DNA of 64,000 bases, from the NCBI GenBank assembly GCA_013265495.1, contig MU058463.1, positions 1,387,523 through 1,451,522 on the forward strand, given 5' to 3'. Origin of the DNA: Vicugna vicugna. Lineage: Eukaryota. Each line of letters begins with the position of its first letter. Positions within the stretch are counted from its first letter, which is position 1. This document shows, in pieces, positions 26,505 to 38,298 of the stretch. The notes beneath the pieces were generated by a model. That model was not told the DNA's origin and did not search any database. It saw nothing but the letters and a program-made list of their open reading frames with translations. The translations under genes and the position numbers were made by a program.

Positions 26505-26830
26505 ACAAGTGCAAGATGTTTAAAGTGTGCAACGTGATGATTTGCTATACCTACATATGCATTGTGAAAGAATTCCCACAATGTAATTAACACATTCATC
26601 ACCTCACATATTTATCTTTGGAGCGATGAGAACATTTAAGTTCTACTGTCTTAGCAAATTTCAATTATGCAATACACTTTTATCAATTGAAGTTACCATG
26701 TTACACATTGGATGCTCAGAATTTATTCATTTTATAACTGAAAGTTTATATCCTTTTACCAATCACTCCCTGTTTCCCCCACCCCATGGCCATTGCTTTT
26801 CTACTGTCCATTTCTATGAGTTTGACTTTT
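26505..26830 (-). mobile_element. L1MA9/L1MB-like 3' end
   Basis: attaacacattcatcacctcacat...gagaacatttaagttctactgtcttagcaaatttcaa...tttctatgagtttgactttt. Confidence 0.85.
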
Positions 26831-28519
26831 CCCACACTCTATTTATCTCAAAACCTTTATTGTTACTGTAAGATTTTATGAGAAGCAATAAATCTTAGAT
26901 AATAGGAAGGCAAGATAAACTTGACCACTCTTGGGCATATGCTCTGATATGCTCTAACTTTTTATGTTTAATATCAGCCAGTGGAATACTGGGATCTTAG
27001 AAAGATAACAAACATATTTTTTATTTAAAGGGCAGTCAGAGAAATTGAGATTGGGAAGGCCCATCCAAGCAAGTCTGCATGCTGCAACTTACCTTTGCAA
27101 ATTAATTTACTGGAACTCTGTATTATACATCACTCTAGAGTCCTTAGTTCATATTATGGCATGGTGAAAAATGTATCTTTCCCCTGGGTCAGAGCCCTCA
27201 AAGCTGACAGCCAGATCCTGCACTGACGAACATCACCTGCTGAGACCTCCTGGGAAATGATTCTGGTATACATCGTCCACAAGGTATACCTAGCCACCAA
27301 TACTAAGTATGCGTTATTTTTTATAATTTTATCCAGGCTTATTTTGACTTATACCTGTCATTGGTCAATGTATGAGAGTATTTTATACCGATACCATTTA
27401 TTATATATTTGGCTAAAACATTAAGGCCATAATGATAAAATAGAATTTATTGATAAAACATTATATAACTCACTGTAAAAAAAAAAAGCTGAGAAAATGA
27501 AAATCTTTGCAAAATACCTTTAAAATTTGTGCTTCTAAATGAAAAGAAACTTTTTAGCAAGAACTTTTATCCTCTTATTTATATTATAATCATGTACCAA
27601 ATAAATTTCTATATAGTCTTTTCAATTACAAAGGAGTACTTAGATGCTTCAGTGACAAGAGGCACAGTTCTGGGTGCTGTGGAGAGAACTTAAAAAAATG
27701 AAGCAGTCCAGTGCGGGCGGTGGGCCACGATAAAAGTAATCATTGTCATGCCAGAGTTAGGATAAGTCATTAGGAAGAAAGAGATTAAATCCAGGTGAGC
27801 TCGGGAAAGGCTTCCGGATGGAGAGGGTGTTTAGACCAACCTTTGAAAGATGGCAGTTCTCTTTTGAGTCACGTTCTTAGATACATCTGTATCAGACATC
27901 TGATAAAACATTTTTCTACTTTATGTTGGTTAATATATCTGAACTGTGCTGTCAGCAGCATCCCTGACTCTGCCTAGTTTAGTCAGCCCTACACAGATTT
28001 GTTTTATGAGCTAAGCTATATATTGGAATTTCTTTGTTTCCGTTTGCTGACCAGAATCAACAGACATTCACAGATGGCTCAGGCCTGCCTCTCTGAAGAA
28101 ACAGCAACATCTTCCAAACTGAATATTAAGGGCTACTACCAGTGTCTGATTAAAGAAAAAAATCTATCTAGCATTACAATTAACTATTGATTAATACTTG
28201 TGTGATAATATTGACAGTTTGAATTCTACAACTTAAATTTGACAACTTAACTAAGGTTTATTGAACAGCTTGAATGAATCAGAAATTAACTTGGGAGTAT
28301 AATTTTGTGTATATGTGTTTTTAAAGTAGTAGTTAATGTCACAACACAACACCTACCATAAGGTAGGCATTTGATCATTACCCGTTGGATTAATTTAAAA
28401 ATGACTTAATTGCACACTTGATTAGCCTCTTCTTGGAGCCATTTTCCTCACACACTTGCCACTGTCAAAAGCAGCAAGCATGAGAACACTAGAGGACTTG
28501 AGTAGATGGCTCTTCCAGG

Positions 28520-28870
28520 AGTATCAGCAGATAGATCAAATTTACGTTTGAATGACATGGAGGTGTCAAGCATGATCCCTGATCTTCCGGCCCCAGCAAG
28601 CCTTGATATTCACCAAAATCCAGAAGAGAGAGAAGCAAGAATAGGTGGATGGGAGAAAATAAATTTAGGTTTTGAAAATGTTGACTATGAGATATTGATA
28701 GGCTGTGAAAATATTAAATAATTAACTGAAATTTTGGAGAAGGTATGTGCTGGACATATTGATTTGGATGTCATCAATACACTTATAGAAACTGAAGCTA
28801 TGGTGAAAGCTGAAAATTCTAAAGTGCGTGGGGTAAGAAGAGAAGAGACCAACGGTAGTCAGGAGCTGGG
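28520..28870 (-). mobile_element. L2 fragment
   Basis: aatttaggttttgaaaatgttgactatgagat...gctggacatattgatttggatgtcatcaatacac. Confidence 0.55.
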
Positions 28871-29014
28871 TGGTCTGTCCAATACCAGATATCGTGGAGA
28901 AGCATATTTATCCAGTGCAACTCAGCTCCTACTCTTTCTGCAGCTGATGGGCCCACTAGAGTGGGAGATGGAGGGGCCTCATCTGAGCTACTAATGGTAC
29001 TGTTCTGCTCAACT

Positions 29015-29670
29015 TGATTAAACTTTAGGAAAGCAAACATACCCACATGCCTAGAGAGTGGCACACCCAGCTCCATGGGAACAGAAGCCCCTGCGCTCAA
29101 CACCTTTTGGACCTTGCCTTATGTGCCTCTTCATCTAGCTTATCATTTGGATTCTTTTAAAAAAAATTTTTTTAATTGAAGCACAGTCAGTTACAATGTG
29201 TCAATTTCTGGAGTACAGCACAATGTCCCAGTCATGCATACACATACATATATTCATTTTTATATTCTTTTTCATGAAAGATTATTACAAGATATTGAGT
29301 ATAGTTCCCTGTGCTATATAGAAGAAATTTGTTTTTTAAAAATCTATTTTTATATATAGTGGCTAACTTTTGCAAATCTCTAACTCCCAAATTTATCCCT
29401 TCCCACCCCCTTTCCCCGGTAACCATAAATTGTTTACTATGTTTGCAAGTCTGTTTCTGTTTTGTAGATGAGCTCATAGTGTCCTTTTTTCCCTTTTTTT
29501 AGATTCCACATATGAGTGACATCACATGGTATTTTTCTTTCTCTTTCTGGCTTACTTCACTTAGAATGACAATCTCTAGGTCCATCCATGTTGCTGCAAA
29601 TGGCATTATTTTATTCTTTTTTATGGCTAAGTAGTCATTTGTATTCTTTATAATAAAACAGTAAACATTT
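29015..29670 (+). mobile_element. MER21-like LTR fragment, interrupted by L1
   Basis: gcacacccagctccatgggaacagaagcccctgcgctc...gaccttgccttatgtgcctcttcatct...tcatttg(g/t)attctttataataaa resembles the MER21 3' part; resumes after the L1 at 29635. Confidence 0.7.
29158..29634 (-). mobile_element. Relatively young L1 3' end (5'-truncated) with 15-bp TSD
   Basis: Antisense L1 3'UTR/ORF2 end (tttagattccacatatgagtgac...ccatgttgctgcaaatggcattattttattc); TSD tcatttggattcttt (29143-29157) / tcatttgtattcttt (29635-29649). Confidence 0.9.
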
Positions 29671-32600
29671 AAAAAAAATATTCAAGGCTCCACCACATCT
29701 TGAACAACTATCATAATCTTTAGTGAATATCTGTGTGTATCTTTGCCACTAAACCTCCATATATTTTGATAAATGCATAAGCTTTTGTCTGTATCTGCTT
29801 TAAACTGTGCTTCCCTTTCAAAGGGGTATGAAATATAGTTTATATTTAGTTAATTCTTGTCTCAACATTTTCCACATTTTATATATATATATATATATGT
29901 ATATATGTGTTTATATACATTTGTAGGGCGAGTAAAGAACTGTGGTAAGGATAAAATGGAATAATGTATGTGAAAACATTTTTATTAATTCTAAACTTTG
30001 TGTGTTTTGTATATTGTACACATGCACAGGTGCATGTGTGTGGCTGCAAATCTGCCTGCAATACATCAAATTACCATCACCATCACCACACATCCAGCTG
30101 CTTGAACAAACTAAGGCAGCAGTATAAAAAGGAATACTTCAGTAATGCGGCTCAAAAATAAGGAAAATGCAAAAACACTTCTATCATAATATATATGGTA
30201 AAAGCAAATATGCTAAGAACAGGCCCACCTGGGAAGAATTTAAGTCCTCTTGTCCTGCACATGCTCCAAACACAGGTCCTAAAATGACCCCTTGGCCACC
30301 ACTGCCCACATGGTATCATCTGTACTGGGGCTGAAGGGACTGAGGCTGTTAGGAGGGGAGGCAGTGCAGCCCCAGAACAGTTAGAAAGATGAGAGAAGAG
30401 AGAGTGTGCCCAAAAGAAAGATCTGGTTCCCTTCCTGTGAGGGGAAGGGTGGTGAGAAAGGGCAATCTTGAGAACTGAGATTAAAGACCCCACACCTTGG
30501 AGGAGCTAAGAGGGTATACTGAGAAAACGTAGGCCAGCAAACCCCAAACATCGACTCTGACGAACACCGTTTAGGTTAAAGGTGCTGACTTGATTTCTGT
30601 GAGGTTGCGTATTCCCTCCATATGGTAAATGCTGTGGTCAGTTCTCACTCGTCCTCCTGGGACAGGTCTCAGAAGTGCCTGCCATCCCTGTTCACGCTCC
30701 TTCTGGAAACAGGCCTGGCCCCTGGAACATCCCTCTGTCAGAATGCGGATCTGCCTCAGGGCTGCTCCTTTGGAGCCTCTTTTTCTGCCAGTTTCTATCC
30801 CCTTAACCTTGCTTCCATGGGACTTCATTGCATTCATTTGCATTTTTGGTTTATCATTGAGCTGACGCTGGATTAAGATATTCAGTTTTCACTTCTACAT
30901 CTGTCTAAAAATTTTTACCCTGATCCAGTATTTGGATGATGAATACAGCTTTATTAATTTTACATAGCATACTGTACTACTTTTGCTTTCTTAGTTTGAA
31001 ATTCTTATTTTCTGATTCTGTACCTGCCCTTGCACTTAACCTGAACATTCTTAAACTTTCACAGCTTCATGGTTTGATTTTTCTTCTCCTTTTAAAAGAC
31101 TCGTATGTTTTCATTCCTTATACATAGGCCTGTTTAGGGCTTCTTCTGTCACCTCTGTTATGTACTCACTTTCAGTATTGTTTTGATTGGAGATCAAAGA
31201 AGAAGCAAAGCCAGCTCTTCTAAACTCTGATCTCTATCCATCTGGGCGTTTCTAAATTAGCATATTAACTCATCCCGGTAACTATTAAGATTCAAGCATT
31301 TAATAACTGTTGTACTATTCCAGCAAAATAAAAACATTAGTCCAACAGGTAGAGTGAAAACTCTTCCAAGATAGAGAAATAATTTTCTTGTGTCTGTAAT
31401 TTACTTCAAGTTTTTCAGCGGTATAAATGTTCTCTTAATTCCAGAATATACTAACTTAAAATATATCACAGAAAAAGTTAAAATAATAATATTATAGAGA
31501 ATAAGACATTTTGAGTTGACTGATAGACCCATTAGAATGTTTTCAATATTGCTGCAATGGAAATTTTACTTCTTATAGTTATGAAGGTACTGCCACAAAA
31601 TGAATGAATAAATACCAAATTCTGTCTGCGCTCCATAATGATGTTTCTTATCATACAATAACTGCTTACTTTAATAGCTGATAGAAATCTTGCTAACACA
31701 AGTCTTCTAGACAATTCTTCCACTGTGTCATTAATAGTAATAGTTCCTGGTTTTCTTTCTTTGATTCAGATGAAGCACTAAAAGAAAGGCCACAAACTCA
31801 GAAATCACTTTATAACAGGCAGCATGACTTGGGTTCTACAACTTTTTCCATGAGACAGGAAGCAATTGAATGTCTCCATGGCTTTATTGGAAGTTTTTAT
31901 AAGTCTAGACAAAAACTTACACAGAAACCGTTTGCAACCCTGTAACGACAGAATGAATGTGTGCAGAATGACTCTCCATGGAGAGTCAATAATTCCAATT
32001 AGACGGCTGATCTCTAGGAGTAGACCGTTTATTTGTTTGTAACTTAGTTACAATTCTAAATATTTTTAGGCTAGAGTTAAGCCTCACTAAACTGGAGATT
32101 TCATAAACTAGTAAAAAAAATAGCCTTGGTATTATTACTTCATTTTATATTTTAATCCACTTGTAACACTATTATAAATTGACATTTTGATATGTTCATG
32201 TTCTGATTTTTTGTCTACATGCAAACAGATTTTATTAACATTTAAATAGAATGATTACTGCATAGAAATGCAAGGTATTTGAAATGATTTTTATAAGATC
32301 AGAATATTTATTTTTCAAAAAAACCCAATCTATACAAAGATAAGGACAAATTATTAGGCAATAACCAAGATGACTTTGTAAATCATCAGTAGTATTTTAT
32401 AATTAATAGCCCACTCATACATTTGAAACTGCCTCTTAAACAAAAAGAGTAACAAATCAAACCTATTTGTCTTCTGGTAAAGTTCAGTTTAATCCTGTGT
32501 GCTTTATCTGTCATTAAATCAGCATTGCTAGACCTAAAGATGTATAAATGGGTTATCAGAAGAATAGAAAATTATGTTAGCTAAGATAAGTAACAGAAAA

Positions 32601-32919
32601 CAATCATAACTAGTTTAAGTAGAAAGTGATAATTCAATAGAAGGACACAAAAATTATCTTGGAAAAGTCAATGCTGCCAAAGTTTCTAGAAACAGTAAAT
32701 GATAAAGTTCCCGAATTCTTCACTACCCCTGCATACCTGCTATGACATCTGTTTCACTGTTTTCACTCTCAGGAGACTGACTTCCTTTGCCTCTGTCATC
32801 CAGAGGGCCGGTGGATCATAGTCCTCCAGGTTACAGGCTCAGCCTTGTTCTTCATTCTGAATATTAGGAGAGACTAATGGTAACTGGTACTTTCTCCTGG
32901 TCCAATTATTATTATCAAT

Positions 32920-32986
32920 TTTTTTATTGACGTATAGACAGTTACAATGTGTCAGTTTCTGGTCTACATCATAATGTCCCAGTCAG
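32920..32986 (-). mobile_element. Very short L1 3' terminus (same subfamily as 29158-29634)
   Basis: tttttattgacgtatagacagttacaatgtgtcagtttctggtctacatcataatgtcccagtca closely parallels 29170-29235. Confidence 0.8.
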
Positions 32987-33754
32987 TTAAAGAGAGGCCA
33001 AGGTCATGTTCTGCCCAAACATAATGGAACAGGGTGATGTGGGATAGAGTTCTTGCATGTATTGGAGATAGTTTTGGGGAAAAGGCAAATTATGTGACCT
33101 GGGAGGGCACAAAATTGAGTCATTTTTATGATCATTATTAGATTTATTAGCACATTAATGAAAACACTTTCATAACTATTTTGAAAGGACCTCTCATACA
33201 AAAAGCTTCCCTGTAGGTAGAGAAATAGAAAGATTACGTAGATACGGCTCCTCCTCTCAAAGCGCTTATAATCGGATGTTTGCGGTACTTTAGAATTTCT
33301 CTAATTACGTCACTGTCTGCTATGTGGTTATCATATATTCACAGTACAAAATAAATATTTACTAACTTGAAAAGGAATATATATTTACTTTTTAAGTGTA
33401 TGCATAACACACACGCAGGCGCACGTGTATGTTTATTAATAATAGTTTCAGTAGACCAAGGAAGCAGCAATAAGGGGCAAATTATTTAGTAAGTCAGGGA
33501 ATCATTAACTTAGCAAGTAATGTGATTGCTGTTTTACAGATCCAGAAGGTCTGTAAGACACAAAAGAGTGGATCCCGTAACTCTTCGAAAGAGCAACAAG
33601 GCCAGCTTTTTGCTGTCCATCAGCAATTTTGTTTTGTTTTCTAAAATCGTTAGAAATGAAGATCTATACGAAAGTGTGAAGGTGTGTGGAAAGTCACCTC
33701 TGGAGAAGCAACGGCTGCCTTTGAGCCCCTCACTTTTACTCTGTAAAGCTTTTG

Positions 33755-34110
33755 TGAATCACACCCTTCCTCAGCCCCAAACCCTCCACACCCTCCCACC
33801 TTAGAGTGAAAGACAGAGTCTTCCCCATGGTCCCAAGACCCCACAAAATCCGCTCCTCCCTGTTGGCTCTCTGAAGTGTTCCAAAACTTCCTCTTGCCCA
33901 TTCTGCTCCAGACACACTGCTCTTCTCACTGTCCTTCAAGTGTTCTCAGGGCTTTTGCATTTGCTGTTCCATCTACCAGGAGTGCTCCTTTCTCAGATTT
34001 TTGCACGGCCCTTCCCCTCATTTTCTTCAAGTCTTAAATGACACCCTTTCCACATCCAGCCTTTTCTATCCCACCTGCTTTATTTGTCTCTGTATCTTGC
34101 AAACTACATC
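33755..34110 (+). mobile_element. L2a-like fragment
   Basis: cttagagtgaaagacagagtcttccccatgg...ctcagggcttttgcatttgctgttccatctaccaggagtgctc. Confidence 0.75.
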
Positions 34111-34364
34111 TTCACTTAAACTAAAGAGTGAGGAACTCAGTTTAATCTAATTACATTTTTATTCATAGAGAGAGCTTTAGATAATTATATAAAAACATAA
34201 AACCTAGGAAAGCTGTGAATTCACAATGTGAGATCTTTTAAAAGTGTTAGGTTCTTACCAGTTTAGGAGAGTTTACGAACAATCTAGACTCAAGTTGGTA
34301 AATGAGTTGAGATTACTTCACATGGCCGCGATATGGATGGCTGGGAAGTTTGTGGGTGGCCCGA

Positions 34365-34660
34365 GTGTTATCTGACAAGCATATGGGATTTGGAATCAAA
34401 AGAACAGAGTTCAAATATTAGTGTTGCCACTTCCTTGCTTGCAATGTTGGGCAAGGTCATAAAATAGTACATAAGGTATTAGTAACAGATGCTTAAAATA
34501 AATGAATAAATAAGTAAATGAGCTTTTGTAAACCTTAAACTTATTTATTAAAGGGAAGTAGAACTTATAATATCTGGCTCATTTGGTTGTAGCAAAGATG
34601 AGATAAAATATTAAAATGCCCTGTAAAGGGAAAACAGTGTATATTAGTTATTATTACTCT
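34365..34660 (+). mobile_element. MIR fragments
   Basis: ggatttggaatcaaaagaacagagttcaaat...gccacttccttgcttgcaatgttgggcaaggtca. Confidence 0.6.
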
Positions 34661-36421
34661 TGGTAATCAGGAAAGTAATAAGGCAGACACATAGTTGAAA
34701 AAAGTTTATACAGCCTCGTGTAGGTAGAGATACTGGTCAGCACATTGATATGCACAAGTCTAATCACAGTATAATTGGGAAGGTGTAATAAAGAAGAAAT
34801 AAGAATATTTATCTCAGGTAACTATGTGCCAGCTACTGAACCAAGAATTTTATAGCATTATCTCCTTGAATAACTACTGCAATCCTATAAGGCAAATGAC
34901 TATTAACATTTCAATTTTACATGGGAGAAAATGGAAGCGTAACCAGCCACCTTTCACACAGCTAGTTAATGCTTCAGCAGTGACTGAAATTGGTCAATTT
35001 ATTAGTCATTTGGTATTTTACGCACTCGTACTAATTTTATTAATCTAAACCCATAACAATATGTGCCCTTCATACAGCTAACTTCTAGTTCCTCTTTGAA
35101 AGTGGAACTATAACAGATAAACAAAATTAATTAACATTTGCTAGGATTCAAAACAAACATACAAGTTCCTCCACACATGAAAAAAAAAGCTGTTGTAATG
35201 AGTCAGAAAAACATGAGGTCAGAGGTGTTTACATAAATTTGAAATAAATATACAATAGGATACGTCCTCAGTGGCATTTGTAAATTTTACTGCAGGATGT
35301 GCATCTTAAGGAATTTGCAAATAAAAGTCATCAACAGTTCCGGCCCAGCTGTCCCTTACAGAGCATAATGACTCTTTGGCCCTCTGCTCCACCAGAGGTC
35401 ACTGCACCACCTGCCAGGCAAGGGCCCCAGGTGCTGAGGGCAGAGTCCCCCCTCCCCGCCCCCGTGGTGACCTCTGTGCACACAATGCCTTCCTGGGTCT
35501 CAAGAGAGGATGATCTGTCAATGTAAGTGAGCTTCCTGCTACCACAGAATCCACAGAACATGCAAGGATGTGATTAATTGTCCAGACCCTGAAATTACAA
35601 TACACCTCTTCTCGGGCTTGATTATACGAAAAAGAGCAATTAAAATTGCAGAAAAACTGTTCTTTAAATGAGGTTGAATCTCAAGGTCTAGAATGTAACA
35701 AAACTGCTATTATATTCAATTTTTATCATCTGAAATATCAGTTCCACTGTGAGTAACCTTTAGATGTTACATACATGTTTTTTCCCCCTAAAATGATTTT
35801 TAACTTCAATATTGATGACAAGAAAGAATTAAATGCCTTAAGGAGGTGGAAGAAAGTATTTACAGGGGAAACAGCCATCTGATTGTGAACGAGCTCTTGC
35901 ATATTAAACAGGACAGTTTTGTCTCTTGTCTTGTAGCTATAGAAAAGCTGAAAGTGTTTGGAAGGGAAAAATTAGGGTTGGGAGGAGGTGGGGGTGACGA
36001 GGTCTGGTTTGTCTATGTGACACATTTCTTACTGGCACCATGCCCACAAATTTTTTCATGCACTTTTGAAAGACAGAGGTTGTATAAAAAGCTCTAAAGA
36101 GATCAACTTTCCTGAGAAAAGTTTCGAGACAGGACAGTCAGGGCAACCCAGCCGGTACTGGCCATGAGACCAGACCAGACCAGATGGTAAATCCTGGTCA
36201 GTGCTGTGAAAAAGGCCAGAAAGAACAGTAGGGTGAGATGCCCAGGGATGGCATGGGTCCTGAGGTCCTCGGGGGACATGGGATGGGGGCAAGGAGAAAG
36301 TGCAGCTTTGTGAAGTTGGGGCAGGGGGAACTGTAGAAAAGGAAAACACTCATTATTTTTAAGCCAATGATTAATGATCCCAGGGATCACAAGGAGGCTT
36401 GGAGATTAAAAATAAGTGTGA

Positions 36422-36573
36422 GGGGGGAGGTTTAGCTCAGTAACAGAGTGCATGCTTAGCACGCACGAGGTCCTGGGTTCAGTCCCCAGTACCTCCATTA
36501 AATAAATAAATGAGTAAACCAAATCACCCCCACCTCCAAAAAACCACAAACAACAACAAAAGTAATAAAAAAT
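36422..36573 (+). mobile_element. Vic-1-type camelid SINE (tRNA-Ala(AGC)-derived) with TSD
   Basis: Head ggggggaggtttagctcagtaacagagtgcatgcttagcacgcacgaggtcctgggttcagtccccagtacctcca is tRNA-Ala-like with A/B boxes; (AATA)n linker, C-rich motif and A-rich tail; TSD aaataagtgtgagg (36410-36423) / aaataaatgtgagg (36574-36587). Confidence 0.9.
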
Positions 36574-36599
36574 AAATAAATGTGAGGATTTACCCAAAG

Positions 36600-37075
36600 G
36601 AAACAATGAAATATACATGAATATTTATGAACAAGGGAATTAGTTGCAATATTATTTATAATATTGGAATTTTTAAAGTAATCAATGTGTCTATGTATAT
36701 GTATATGTTATAGGAAACATATATATGACATGTGAGAATGTAAATATCAGGGAACAATATGTAGCCACTAAAATATGTTTTCTAACAATATTTTAAATCT
36801 GAAAAAATATATTAAGTTTAAAAATTCATAAAGCAGCACTTACCCTTATATATGTAGATGTATACATATGTCATATATATACATGTACGTGAAGAGAGAA
36901 GAAGAGAAAGATAATGAAACAATACATCAAGATGTCACAATAATTTCCTCTAGATAATGAAATTGCATATGATTTTAATTTACCTTCTCTATGCTTCATG
37001 GAGTCTTTCAGATTTTTTTTTTTACAATACTAGAGTTTTCCTTTATATTTTATACTTTCTTAATTGTAAATGTCA
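36600..37075 (+). mobile_element. Ancient L1ME-like 3' region
   Basis: ttgcaatattatttataatattgg...aatatgtagccactaaaa...aaacaatacatcaagatgtcacaataatttcctct. Confidence 0.55.
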
Positions 37076-37313
37076 TTAAGGAACATTAAAGTTTTCAATA
37101 ATACTGAATATTATTAAATGAAGCATAAAGTTCCCCTGCTCCATTTCCTCTCAAGCCCCTGTAACCCTTTGAGTCATATTTCTTGGTGTCCCTGTATTTA
37201 TCCACATTTGTTTTCAATTCTTTAATTAATTACTATCAGGATTCTAAGTAATATATTTATATTTTATGCTAGTTATTCTACATATGTCTCTGATTCTTTC
37301 TCTCCTCTTTATT

Positions 37314-37921
37314 GAGCAATTCCACTCTTGGGTATATATCCAGAAAAAAAATGAAACACTAATTTGAAAAGCTACATGCACCCCAATGTTCACAGTAGCA
37401 CTGTTTACATTAGCCAAGATATGGAAGCAACCCAAGTGTCCATCAGTAGACAAATGGTGTGTGTGGGTGTACACACACACACACACACACACACACACGA
37501 ATATTACTCAGCCATAAAAAAGAATGAAATTCTGCCATGTGCTGCAATGTGGATGGACCTAGAGAACATTGTGTTTAGTGAAATGTGAGATAGGGAAAGA
37601 CAAATACCATATGATATCACTTATATGTGGACTCTAAAAACTAAAACAAATGAATATATATAACAAAACAGAAACAGACTCACAGATACAGAAACCAAAC
37701 TAGTGGTTACCAGTGGGCAGAGGGAAGAAAATAGGGGTATGGGATTAAGAGGTACAAACTACTATATATAAAATAGATAAGCAAAAAAAATATGTATTTT
37801 ACAGCACAGGGAATTATAGCCATTATTTTGTAGTAACTTTTAATGGAGAATAATCTATAAAAATACTGAATCACTGGAAACTAATATAATATTATATATC
37901 AACTATACTTCAATTAAAAAA
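37314..37921 (+). mobile_element. L1 ORF2 C-terminus plus 3'UTR (5'-truncated), with internal (CA)n
   Basis: Translation EYYSAIKKNEILPCAAMWMDLENIVFSE matches the L1 ORF2p C-terminus; 3' end aactatacttcaattaaaaa. Confidence 0.92.
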
Positions 37922-37927
37922 GTCAGT

Positions 37928-38298
37928 TTGTGTCAGCAGGGTTGTATTCTTTCTGGAGACTTCAGGGAGAATACATTTTGCCTTTTCCAGCTTCTAGAGA
38001 CCACTTATATTTCCGGTACATGGCCACTTTCTTCTTCTTGATAGGCAGCCGGTAACATCTCAGATCCCTCTTTCTGACTCTGATCTTGACTTTCATGCTT
38101 TCCTCTTTCATTTATAAGGACTCTTGTGATTACAGTGCACCTATCTAGATAATCCTGACTAATCTCTCCCCCTCAAGATTATTAAATTAGTCACATTCGT
38201 GAAGTCCTTTTGCCACATCTGGTAACAAACTCACAAGTTCTGACCATTAGGATATGAACATCATGAACATTCTGGGGGTCATTGCTCTGCCTGCCACA
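37928..38298 (-). mobile_element. MLT1D-like LTR, truncated on the left
   Basis: gtgtcagcagggttg...ttgccttttccagcttctagag...gaagtccttttgccac...gggggtcattgctctgcctgccaca. Confidence 0.85.

Noticed and set aside
36422..36497. Possible functional tRNA-Ala gene
   Set aside because: Altered D-loop, followed by an A-rich SINE tail and flanked by TSDs; it is a SINE head.
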